From an uncultured Collinsella sp. (GTDB taxonomy: Bacteria > Actinomycetota > Coriobacteriia > Coriobacteriales > Coriobacteriaceae): 64,000 nt of DNA. Within the stretch, counting starts at the first letter, position 1, and each line of letters begins with the position of its first letter. The notes under the pieces are model-generated. The model was not told the DNA's origin. It searched no databases and saw only the letters and a program-made list of their open reading frames with translations. The translations under genes and the position numbers were made by a program. Positions 9,177 through 18,107 of this stretch are shown here, piece after piece. The stretch covers positions 28,972-92,971 of the forward strand of contig UQHT01000004.1 of the NCBI GenBank assembly GCA_900540875.1, in the 5' to 3' direction.

Positions 9177-10640
9177 ATGTCAGATACGAAGGCGAAGAAG
9201 ACAAACAGACGTTTTAAGTTCAAATTACCGCATGTCTATACAATCATGTTCTTGCTGATCGTTGTCTTTGCGGTCCTGACTTGGATCGTTCCTTCTGGTC
9301 AGTATCAGCGCAAGACGATTTCGACAGCGGCGGGTGAGCGTGAAGTCGCCGTTGCTGGAACCTATGAACAGGTCGATAAGAACTACACCGATTCCGAGAC
9401 CGGCGAGACCATCAATCTGGGCCAGGATATCTTTGCGGTCCTGCAAGCGCCTACTAAGGGCATCCAGGAGGCTGCCGACGTCGTTGCGTTCGTCTTATTG
9501 ATTGGCGGATCGTTCGCAGTCATCACCAAGACCAACGCTTTGAATGCCGGCATGAGCCGTGTGATTAAAAAGCTCAAGAACAAGGACATCCTCATCATTC
9601 CCATCACGATGACGTTGCTGTCCATTTGCGGCACTACGTTTGGTATGTCTGAGGAAGCCCTGCCGTTCTATGCCATCTTCATTCCCATCATGATGGGTAT
9701 CGGTTATGACTCGATGACGGCATTCATCATCTGCTTCCTTGGTCCTAACCTGGGCTATTGTGCCTCGACCATCGACCCGTTTAATGTTTTGATCGCCCAA
9801 GGCATCATTGGCATCGAGGGCAATCCGCAACTGTGGCTGCGCGCCGTTTCTTGGGTCATCTTCACCGCCGTTGGCATCGCATGGGCCATGCGCTATGCCA
9901 TGCGCGTCAAGAAAAACCCCGAGTCGTCCATTACGTACGAGGACGACAAGCTCAAGCGTGTTGAGTTTTCCGTGACCGATGCCTCCATCGAGGAAGAGTT
10001 CACTACCCGTCAGAAGCTCGTGCTTATCGATTTTGCTTGCGGTATGGGCATTATCGTCTGGGGTCTTGTTACCCAGGGCTGGTACATGAATGAGATTTCC
10101 GCCGTGTTCCTTGGTATGGGCTTGCTTGCCGGTATCCTGGGCGGCCTTGACCAGCAGACGATCGCCGAGGAGTTCGTTAAAGGCATTGCCGACTTTGCGT
10201 ATGCCGCTATCGTCATCGGCATCGCTCGCGGTATCTTGGTCATCGCAGAGGGCGGCATGATCATCGACACCATTCTCCAGGCGCTCGCTACTGCGCTCGC
10301 CGGTGCACCCGCCGCCGTCTATACCACGTTTATGTATATCGTCCTTGGCCTGCTCTCTTTGCTGGTTCCCTCGAGCTCTGGACTTGCGGCGCTCACCATG
10401 CCCGTCACGGGTCCGCTGACCGAGCTTATGGGCCTCAATCCCGAGGCGGCCGTCACCGCGCTCCAGTTTGCCAACCAGACCATCAACACCATCAGCCCCG
10501 TGGCGGGCATGACAGTCGCCGGCCTTGCCGTGGCTAAGATTTCGTTTGGCCAATGGTGGAAGACCATTTGGAAGTTCTTCATTTTCATGGTCGTCTTTGG
10601 CCTGATCGTAACGGCAGTCTCTGGCATGCTTCCGGCGTAG
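9177..10640 (+). CDS. YfcC/DcuC-superfamily membrane transporter (putative substrate importer for the locus)
   Basis: About 12 TM helices and YfcC-family-like sequence. GGAGG RBS 6 nt before the ATG at 9177. Confidence 0.75.
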   Translation: MSDTKAKKTNRRFKFKLPHVYTIMFLLIVVFAVLTWIVPSGQYQRKTISTAAGEREVAVAGTYEQVDKNYTDSETGETINLGQDIFAVLQAPTKGIQEAADVVAFVLLIGGSFAVITKTNALNAGMSRVIKKLKNKDILIIPITMTLLSICGTTFGMSEEALPFYAIFIPIMMGIGYDSMTAFIICFLGPNLGYCASTIDPFNVLIAQGIIGIEGNPQLWLRAVSWVIFTAVGIAWAMRYAMRVKKNPESSITYEDDKLKRVEFSVTDASIEEEFTTRQKLVLIDFACGMGIIVWGLVTQGWYMNEISAVFLGMGLLAGILGGLDQQTIAEEFVKGIADFAYAAIVIGIARGILVIAEGGMIIDTILQALATALAGAPAAVYTTFMYIVLGLLSLLVPSSSGLAALTMPVTGPLTELMGLNPEAAVTALQFANQTINTISPVAGMTVAGLAVAKISFGQWWKTIWKFFIFMVVFGLIVTAVSGMLPA

Positions 10641-10649
10641 GTGGTTGTG

Positions 10650-12236
10650 ATGTCTGATCGTTTAATAACGGTCCTGACGTCTAAGAGCGTCTTTACCGGT
10701 ACGGGGGACCTGCCGTTTGAAGGTTTCGTAGCGGTCCGTGGCAATCGAATTGAGGCGGTTGGCACCAAGTGTGAGGTAGCTTCGTATTTGATCCAGGCGG
10801 ACGAGGTAGTTGACCTGGGCGACCGCACCGTCATGCCTGGCCTGATCGATGTTCATACCTTCTATACGGGCTGGGCGCTGCGGACGTTGGGGTCTGATCT
10901 GTCCGGCATCGCTGATGCCGAAGAGGCCGTGTCGCTCTTGCGTGCATGGAAAGAAGATCATCCGGATTGCGCGGCGGCTTTTGGCCACAACCTGCCCGAA
11001 ACGTTGGCATCGGATGCCGAGAACGCAAATACGGCAGCTGTGTTTGACGATTGTTTTGGCGATATCCCTGTCGTCTGCTTTACACCGGGTGCGGAGACCT
11101 GCGTTCTCAATGCTGCCGCCAGTGCGCGATACGGCTTCACACCCCAGGCGTGCTATGCCGAGAAGATCTGGCGCATGATGAGCGATTTCCTCGCGCTGCC
11201 CGAGGTACGTGCGGGGTATTCGGACTACATGAGCATGCTTAACGAGCGCGGCGTTACCGCCATCAAGGAGATGGCGTTTGATGACTACTACGGTTTTGCC
11301 GACGAAATGGCTCGCCGTGAGGAATCTGGTCAGCTGACAGTTCGTGTCTCTATGATGTCGCAGCCGGTGGGTGCCGGTGCAAATCTGTCATATGCTCGCG
11401 AGGCACGAGAGCGCTTCCGGGGTCCGTTCGTTCGTTTTTCTGGCTTCAACCGTATGACCGATCGAGGCGTATGGGCGGGGCTTGCCGAGATGATTGACCC
11501 CTATGAGGACACGGCCGATGCGGGAGCTGCCGGCAAGACGGTTGTCGAGGAGCCCGAGTGGGATCTGATTGAGAACGAGCTGCGCGCAATTGATGCTGAC
11601 GGCTTCCGATATTCCTTGCATTGCCAGGGCGATGGCGCCGTTCGTCGCACCGTGGCGCTCTATGCCTCGCTGCCTCGAGACGAGCATGGACGGTTGCTTC
11701 GCCGCCATGCGATTACCGATCTCGAGAACTCTGATCCGACCGATCTTGTCGAGTTTGGCAAGTTAGGTGGAATTTGCGAGGTCTATCCGCAGATTTTGAC
11801 GCTGGACCGGCGCGAGGATTGCCTGTCGATGATGCGTCGACAAATTGGCGAGACGCGACTTATGCACAGCTGGAATCGCCGCGGCATGGAAGATTCCGGA
11901 TGCACGGTGTGCTGTGGTACGGATTTGCCACTGCTGATTCCGAGCCTGGGCGAGTCAATCTACAGCGCGTGCGGTGGATACTTCGACGATGGACTGCCCG
12001 TGAATGAGGCCAACGCGCTGACGCTTGTCGAGCTCTTGCGTGCTTGGACTGCCGGGGGCGCGTACGATCTGATGCGCGAAGACGAGCTGGGTACGCTTGA
12101 GGTCGGCAAGCTTGCCGATATCTGCGTGCTCGATCGGGATGTGTTCGACCTCGATTATCGCGACGCACGCGATCTTTCGGTTGATATGACGATGTCGGAC
12201 GGACAAATCGTGTTCGATCGAAATAAGGAGGCATAA
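10650..12236 (+). CDS. Amidohydrolase-family metal-dependent hydrolase (amidohydrolase-3-like)
   Basis: VMPGLIDVHTF motif near the N-terminus. A 529-aa TIM-barrel hydrolase pattern. Confidence 0.7.
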   Translation: MSDRLITVLTSKSVFTGTGDLPFEGFVAVRGNRIEAVGTKCEVASYLIQADEVVDLGDRTVMPGLIDVHTFYTGWALRTLGSDLSGIADAEEAVSLLRAWKEDHPDCAAAFGHNLPETLASDAENANTAAVFDDCFGDIPVVCFTPGAETCVLNAAASARYGFTPQACYAEKIWRMMSDFLALPEVRAGYSDYMSMLNERGVTAIKEMAFDDYYGFADEMARREESGQLTVRVSMMSQPVGAGANLSYAREARERFRGPFVRFSGFNRMTDRGVWAGLAEMIDPYEDTADAGAAGKTVVEEPEWDLIENELRAIDADGFRYSLHCQGDGAVRRTVALYASLPRDEHGRLLRRHAITDLENSDPTDLVEFGKLGGICEVYPQILTLDRREDCLSMMRRQIGETRLMHSWNRRGMEDSGCTVCCGTDLPLLIPSLGESIYSACGGYFDDGLPVNEANALTLVELLRAWTAGGAYDLMREDELGTLEVGKLADICVLDRDVFDLDYRDARDLSVDMTMSDGQIVFDRNKEA

Positions 12237-12237
12237 G

Positions 12238-13089
12238 ATGCCTGAATCCAAACCGACGCTGCGCCGCGAACAGATTGCGGGCATGAATATCCACTACATC
12301 ATGTGGTCGCTCGATTACTTCCTTGATGTGCAGCAGCGTTTGGGCTTTGAGTCCATTGAGCTGTGGTGTGCGGAGCCGCATGTGACGCTCGACCACACGG
12401 GCTACTTTGAGGCTGAGGTCCTGGCGAAAAAGGCTGCAGATCGTGGGCTTAGGTATCGTACTCTGTGCCCCGAGAATGTTGTCTATCCTTGGCAGTACTG
12501 CGCACGTAAACCGCTGCATGAGCAGCGCAGCCTGGCGTATTTTAAGCATGGCATTGAGCTTGCTGAGGTACTTGGGTGCGACCGTATGTCCGTTAACTCG
12601 GGCTGGGGCGACTGGGACGAGGACCGTGAGGAAGCCTGGAAGCGCAGCCGCGAGCACTTGTCCATTCTGGCGGAGTATGCCGGCGAGCACGGTCTGGTGC
12701 TTACGATGGAAAGCCTGCGTCCCGAGGAGAGCCACCTTGTGACGACGGTTTCCGATGCGAAGCGCATGATTGACGAGGTCGCGAGTCCGTACTTACAGCC
12801 CATGGTTGATACAACCGCGATGGGCGTTGCAGGCGAGACGCTCGAGGACTGGTTTGCCGCCTTTGGTGATGGGGCAATTCACGAGATGCACTTTATCGAC
12901 GGCGACCCGTATGGCCATCTGGTGTGGGGCGAAGGCAAGCACGATATGGACGCCTTCGTCGCCACGCTCAACGCCCATGGTTTCGACGGCATGCTGGGCC
13001 AGGAAATCACGGACGGCCGTTACTACGATGACCCGGAGGCGGCAGATGCCAAGAACATGGCCGCATTCGAGAAATATCTGATTGACTAA
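12238..13089 (+). CDS. Sugar phosphate isomerase/epimerase (xylose-isomerase-like TIM barrel), FrlC-like
   Basis: A 283-aa AP-endonuclease-2/xylose-isomerase-like TIM barrel. Size and context match fructoselysine 3-epimerase-type enzymes. Confidence 0.7.
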   Translation: MPESKPTLRREQIAGMNIHYIMWSLDYFLDVQQRLGFESIELWCAEPHVTLDHTGYFEAEVLAKKAADRGLRYRTLCPENVVYPWQYCARKPLHEQRSLAYFKHGIELAEVLGCDRMSVNSGWGDWDEDREEAWKRSREHLSILAEYAGEHGLVLTMESLRPEESHLVTTVSDAKRMIDEVASPYLQPMVDTTAMGVAGETLEDWFAAFGDGAIHEMHFIDGDPYGHLVWGEGKHDMDAFVATLNAHGFDGMLGQEITDGRYYDDPEAADAKNMAAFEKYLID

Positions 13090-13151
13090 AACAACTATCG
13101 GCCACGCAGCCAACGTCATTGATTGCGGGCCAAACAAGAAAGGAACTGGAT

Positions 13152-14120
13152 ATGAACGCACACGATCTGATCAAAGAGGCAATTGCCGAGAAGGGCAAGT
13201 TCGACAGCGTCTACTGGATTGCTTGCGGTGGCTCCATGATCGATTTGATCCCGGCTCATGAGCTTCTGCAGCGCGAGGCAACCACCTTCACTTCGTATAT
13301 CTATACGGCTCGCGAGTTTGATATCATGCGCCCGCGCCGCTTGGGTGAGAAATCCCTGGTCATTGCTTGCAGCCACAGTGGCAACACCCCCGAGGTCGTC
13401 GAGGGCTGCGAGATTGCCCTTGCTGCCGGCGCTACGGTGATCGCCCAGACCGACAACGCTGGATCCAAGATTGACTCCGGCAAGTGGACCACGTGGGTCT
13501 ACCCGTGGGGCGAGGGCGTGCCGCAGGCCGAGGTCCCCGCTGGCATTTCGCTGTCGCTTGCGGCCGAGCTGCTCAATCAGCAGGAGGGCTACGCCGATCT
13601 TGCCGATATGTATGCCGGTATCGCCGAGATGGATAAGATTCTTCCCCCGGCACGTGAGAAGGTAAATGCCGAGCTGGGCGATCGCTTTGCCAAGCTTTGC
13701 CAGGAGCACGAGTTCTTCTACATTCTGGGCAGCGGTCCCAACTTTAGCCAGACCTACGGTTTCGCTATCTGCTCTCTTATGGAGATGCAGTGGCAGCACT
13801 GCAGCTACATCCACTCTGCCGAGTACTTCCACGGCCCCTTCGAGGCTACTCAGGATGGCGTTTTTTACTTCTTGCAGATGGGCTCCAGCGAGTGCCGTGC
13901 TATGGACGAGCGCGCCCTTGCGTTCCTTAAGACGCATACCGATACGCTGATGGTGCTCGATGCCAAGGAGTACGGTATGGAAGCCGTGCCGGCGAGTGTC
14001 CGTGCCTATCTGGACCCGGTGCTGTTCTACGCCATGAACTGCGAGCTGCGTGCTGCACGCGGCAAGGTGTTTGATCACGATCCCGATTTCCGTCGCTATA
14101 TGGGTGTTGTCGAGTACTAG
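13152..14120 (+). CDS. SIS-domain protein, FrlB-like fructosamine-6-phosphate deglycase
   Basis: Two SIS domains (CGGSM..., SHSGNTPE). About 320 aa, like FrlB/GlmS-type deglycases. RBS AAAGGAA. Confidence 0.75.
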   Translation: MNAHDLIKEAIAEKGKFDSVYWIACGGSMIDLIPAHELLQREATTFTSYIYTAREFDIMRPRRLGEKSLVIACSHSGNTPEVVEGCEIALAAGATVIAQTDNAGSKIDSGKWTTWVYPWGEGVPQAEVPAGISLSLAAELLNQQEGYADLADMYAGIAEMDKILPPAREKVNAELGDRFAKLCQEHEFFYILGSGPNFSQTYGFAICSLMEMQWQHCSYIHSAEYFHGPFEATQDGVFYFLQMGSSECRAMDERALAFLKTHTDTLMVLDAKEYGMEAVPASVRAYLDPVLFYAMNCELRAARGKVFDHDPDFRRYMGVVEY

Positions 14121-14134
14121 AAGGGGCAAAGGCC

Positions 14135-14998
14135 ATGGCATTTAACGTTAACGCGCTCGGATTTGGCGACAACGTCGTCGATCGCTACGAGCATATCCAC
14201 ACCATGTATCCCGGCGGCAATGCGGTGAACTTCGCCGTTTATGCCAAGAAATGCGGTGCCGCACGCTCTGCATACATGGGCATTTTTGGCAATGACGCCG
14301 CTGCCGAGCATGTCATTGCAAGCCTCGAGGATGAGGGTATCGAGCTTGACAAGTGCGAGCAGATGATTGGCGAGAACGGAGCGGCTCGCGTGACCGTCGT
14401 TGACGGTGACCGTGTCTTCCTTGGCTCCAATGAGGGCGGTATCCGTGGCGATGCGCGCTATGTCCTCGATCGCTTTGACCTTGCGTACATGAAGCAGTTC
14501 GATGTGGTTCATTCGGGCAACTATTGCTTTACCGAGCGCGAGCTTCCCAAGTTGAAGGCTGCGGGCGTCACGGTCTCTTTTGACTTTTCGGACGACTCCA
14601 CCGACGAGTACTACGAGCAGATTGCGCCCTACGTCGATTTTGCTTTCTTTAGTGCGGCGGATGCCGCGAGTGAGGACGAGATTCGCGAGCGTCTGGCGTG
14701 GGTGAAGGGCTTGGGTCCGCGTTTTGTGTCGGCTACGGCGGGCGCCGAGGGCTGCATTGCTTACGACGGCGAGCGTTATTACCGCCAGCTGGCTAAACCG
14801 GTAACGGACATGAAGGACACCATGGGGGCGGGCGACTCGTTCCTCACCTCGTTTTTGATGTGCTATCTCGATTCCGCCAAGCGTGGTGAGGATGGCGCCG
14901 AGGCCATCGAGCGCGCGCTCGACTTTGCTGCTGGGTTTGCCTCGACCGTGTGCGGCATGGAAGGTTCTTGGGGCCACGGAGCACCAATCGTCGAATAG
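14135..14998 (+). CDS. PfkB-family sugar kinase, FrlD-like fructosamine kinase
   Basis: N-terminal GDNVVDRY and C-terminal GAGDSF PfkB signature. Confidence 0.8.
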   Translation: MAFNVNALGFGDNVVDRYEHIHTMYPGGNAVNFAVYAKKCGAARSAYMGIFGNDAAAEHVIASLEDEGIELDKCEQMIGENGAARVTVVDGDRVFLGSNEGGIRGDARYVLDRFDLAYMKQFDVVHSGNYCFTERELPKLKAAGVTVSFDFSDDSTDEYYEQIAPYVDFAFFSAADAASEDEIRERLAWVKGLGPRFVSATAGAEGCIAYDGERYYRQLAKPVTDMKDTMGAGDSFLTSFLMCYLDSAKRGEDGAEAIERALDFAAGFASTVCGMEGSWGHGAPIVE

Positions 14999-15119
14999 CT
15001 TAAGAAAGCGTACGGCGGTCTGGCTATGAGGCCTTGGACAGCCGATGCAAAACAATAAGCGAAACGCGAAAAGGGGGCTTGCCATGTGGTGGGTCCCCTT
15101 TTGAACATTGGAGAAGACC

Positions 15120-15920
15120 ATGGGTATTAAAGCGTGTGCGGCTGGTTTTTGCTGTGCGGACGTCTATCAAAACATCGGCGTGTTCTATCCGACTGGTAAT
15201 GGCATTGACTGGGGTATCCATCTTGCACGAATGGGCGTTTCGGTATCCGCCGTGTCGGTTGTCGGCAAGGACGAGTACGGAGACAAGATGAGAGAGGCGC
15301 TGGCCGCCGAGGGGTTTGATATCTCTCATCTGCGGGTGGAGGATGGCGACACCTCGGTGATGCTCATGGCATTGAAAGACGGCGTCGATCGCGTGCATCT
15401 CGAGGCAATCGATGGCGTAATGGAGACATATCGTCCGAATGAAGATGACCGGGCGTTTATCCTAGAGCATGACATCATTCATACCGACCTGTTTGGCAAT
15501 TGTTTGGACCTCCTGCCCGAATGGCATGATGCGGGCAAGACGGTGGTTATGGACTTCTCGGTGTTCAGCCAGGATCCCGAATATGCATGCGAGGCTCATT
15601 TTCCTTACGTAGACTATGTGTTCATGTCGTTTGAAGAGGACACTCCGGAGCTGCGGGACTGGGTACGCCACGCGCAGGAATTGGGACCGCGCGTTGCGGT
15701 TGCCACGCTTGGCGAGAAGGGGAGCATTGCCTATGACGGTGAGCGCTTCTATGAGTGCGGGATCGTACCGGCGGAGAAGGTCGTTAATACCGTGGGTGCC
15801 GGCGATTCGTATATTGCCGGGTTTACCAAGGGCGTGATCGATGGCCTTGATATTCCGGCGTGTATGAAGGCGGGCGCTGAGCTGTCGTCCCGAGTGATTG
15901 GTTCGTTTGAGCCGTACTAG
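15120..15920 (+). CDS. PfkB-family sugar kinase (second copy)
   Basis: GAGDSY signature. Paralogous to the preceding kinase. Confidence 0.75.
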   Translation: MGIKACAAGFCCADVYQNIGVFYPTGNGIDWGIHLARMGVSVSAVSVVGKDEYGDKMREALAAEGFDISHLRVEDGDTSVMLMALKDGVDRVHLEAIDGVMETYRPNEDDRAFILEHDIIHTDLFGNCLDLLPEWHDAGKTVVMDFSVFSQDPEYACEAHFPYVDYVFMSFEEDTPELRDWVRHAQELGPRVAVATLGEKGSIAYDGERFYECGIVPAEKVVNTVGAGDSYIAGFTKGVIDGLDIPACMKAGAELSSRVIGSFEPY

Positions 15921-15947
15921 GGTCAAATGCCTGGAAAGGAGTACGAA

Positions 15948-16808
15948 ATGGTTATCGACATGTTGGTCCATCCTATGCTCTACGGCGAGATCTGCACGCC
16001 GGGTGATGAGCCTGATGGATTCGGTTTTTGGTCACGAGAATTTGGTATGGGGCATATGGGCCCCATGGATTGGGATGAGCTTCAAGTCGAGATGGACGTC
16101 TGCGATGTGCAGAAGAGCGTGCTCATGCCGCTCGATGTAACCACGGCATGCGGAGGGCACTTTGGCACCAATGATCAGATTGCCATGCTGGTTGCCGCAC
16201 ATCCCGAGCGTCTGTGGGGATTTGCGAGCGTAGACCCGCAGGTGAGCGGTGCCGCAGACGAATTGGAGCGCGCCTTTACCGAGTTGGGGGCAAAGGGGCT
16301 TTGCCTGCATCCTGCAAAGCAGGGTTTTGCCCCCGATGATGCTGTGGCCGAGCCGCTTTACGAACTGTGCGAGCGCTATAACAAGCCGGTGGTTTTCCAT
16401 GCCGGTATGTCTTGGGAGCCGGGCGCAGAGCTCTCGCGCAGTAACCCGCTTGCATTTGAGCACACAATCGCAACGCATCCAAATGTGCGTTTTAGTTTGA
16501 CCCATTTTGGCTGGCCCTGGGTGCGCGAGACCGTGGCGATGCTGCTCAAGTATCCCAACTGCTACGCGGACACCTCTATCACTTACATCGATTCGCCCGA
16601 GGAGATGATGCAGCGTCTTTTCACGGTCGATATGGGGCCGCTGTGGTATGAGCGCGCGCTATCGCACCAAGTGATGTTCGCCAGCAATACGCCGCGCTTC
16701 CGTGCATTCAAACTCAAGCGGGCGCTCGATACCGTGCCCATGCGCGATGATGCGCGAGAAAGGCTCTACTGGGGTAATGCCCTGCGTTTCCTTGAAGGGG
16801 ATGAGTGA
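15948..16808 (+). CDS. Amidohydrolase-2 family (TIM-barrel metal-dependent hydrolase/decarboxylase)
   Basis: Amidohydrolase_2-like pattern (HxH...HPxxxFxLTHFGWP). AAGGAG RBS 6 nt before the ATG. Confidence 0.75.
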   Translation: MVIDMLVHPMLYGEICTPGDEPDGFGFWSREFGMGHMGPMDWDELQVEMDVCDVQKSVLMPLDVTTACGGHFGTNDQIAMLVAAHPERLWGFASVDPQVSGAADELERAFTELGAKGLCLHPAKQGFAPDDAVAEPLYELCERYNKPVVFHAGMSWEPGAELSRSNPLAFEHTIATHPNVRFSLTHFGWPWVRETVAMLLKYPNCYADTSITYIDSPEEMMQRLFTVDMGPLWYERALSHQVMFASNTPRFRAFKLKRALDTVPMRDDARERLYWGNALRFLEGDE

Positions 16809-16810
16809 AC

Positions 16811-17239
16811 ATGGTGACGCTCGAGACATTGAGCTATCTATCGACTGCTCCGGACCAGTTCATCGATATTACCGAGGACGTGCACGCTGCCATCGAACGC
16901 AGCTCGGTGACCAATGGCTTGGCGGCGATTATTTTGTCGCATACGACCTGCGGAATCGTGGTAAACGAGGGGCTGCCCTGCGTGGAGACGGATCTTATGG
17001 AGACGCTTGATCGCATCGCCCCACTCGATGCTCCCTATGCGCATGCACACTTCCTGCCGAGCTATGGAGCCACCGGTAACAACTCCTGTGGGCATATCAA
17101 GAGCATGATTTGTGGAAACAGTTGCTTCTTTCCCGTCCAAGATGGCCACATCGTGTGCGGAAGTGCCCAGAACATCTATCTTGCGGAGTTTGACGGTCCG
17201 CAGAAGCGAAAAGTGTACGTCGAGGTGCTGGGGGAGTAA
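16811..17239 (+). CDS. YjbQ/UPF0047 family protein
   Basis: A 143-aa protein whose sequence pattern matches the YjbQ/UPF0047 family. It overlaps the upstream gene's stop. Confidence 0.75.
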   Translation: MVTLETLSYLSTAPDQFIDITEDVHAAIERSSVTNGLAAIILSHTTCGIVVNEGLPCVETDLMETLDRIAPLDAPYAHAHFLPSYGATGNNSCGHIKSMICGNSCFFPVQDGHIVCGSAQNIYLAEFDGPQKRKVYVEVLGE

Positions 17240-17372
17240 CGTCCCTGCAATAATGAACTGCACCCCAAAACTTGGACGGCTTAAATAAGAACTACGCCGC
17301 AAGGGACTGGCTCCGGAACTCCTCCGGGGTCAGTCCCTTCAGTTTAGTCTGCGTCCTCTGCCAGGTGATCCG

Positions 17373-18101
17373 TTGTATTATCCGGGCGGAAGCGTATCGC
17401 AAGTCGTGGAAGCCGCCAAGCGCGATCTCGAAGCGTTGCAACAGGGCGGTGTCGATGGCATTTTGATTACCAATGAGCGCTCGATGCCCTATGAGCAGCA
17501 CGTCTCCCCCTCGACTTTTGCAGCTATGGGATATGTAATCGGGGCTCTATCCCATGATTTGTCGACCCCTTGGGGAGCTGAGGCTATTTACGATGGTGAT
17601 GCCACAATCGAGCCGTGCGCTGCCGTCGATGCGCAGTTCACTCGCTGCAATTTTTGTGGTGCCTGGGCCGGTGATCTCGGGCTGATTAACCGAGATTCCG
17701 CTCACACCATGCGCCGCAAGGCCGCGCTGCGCTTGGACGACCATAAGCTTTTTCACTTCATCACGAGCGAGGGGGAGGTTTATCTCAACGACCGCACGAC
17801 TGCGGACATTGCCGATTCGCTTCTCTTTAATTGCCTACCGGATGCGATGGTCATCGGCGGTTCGGCTGCCGGTCGTGGTGCTTCGGGCGAGCTTGCCGAT
17901 GAGGTCCGCGAGCGTGTTGGCGAAGTACCTGTGGTATGTGGCACCGGTTGTCGTGAAAATACCGTGGCTGACGTATTTGCTCACTACGATGGCGCGTTTG
18001 TCGGCACGTGCTTAAAGCGCGACGGAAAGCTGGATGCCCCGGTTGATGTTGAGCGGGTAGTTCGTTTTATGGCTGCCGCTCGTGCGGCGCGAGGGGAGTA
18101 G
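17373..18101 (+). CDS. BtpA/SgcQ-family protein (possibly N-terminally disrupted)
   Basis: ALQQGGVDGILITNE and the rest match BtpA. The conserved LRPLPGDP N-terminal motif is encoded in-frame upstream of the first usable start (TTG at 17373), behind a TAA at 17286. Confidence 0.6.
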   Translation: MYYPGGSVSQVVEAAKRDLEALQQGGVDGILITNERSMPYEQHVSPSTFAAMGYVIGALSHDLSTPWGAEAIYDGDATIEPCAAVDAQFTRCNFCGAWAGDLGLINRDSAHTMRRKAALRLDDHKLFHFITSEGEVYLNDRTTADIADSLLFNCLPDAMVIGGSAAGRGASGELADEVRERVGEVPVVCGTGCRENTVADVFAHYDGAFVGTCLKRDGKLDAPVDVERVVRFMAAARAARGE

Positions 18102-18107
18102 GCACCT

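Noticed and set aside
9495-10553. 352-aa minus-strand ORF
   Set aside because: Antisense to the YfcC-family transporter. Composition-driven.
13116-14141. 341-aa minus-strand ORF and several others (11860..12735, 14117..15121, 34199..35464, 35642..36685, 49843..51087)
   Set aside because: Each is the mirror of a well-supported, homology-bearing gene on the other strand. None has an RBS.
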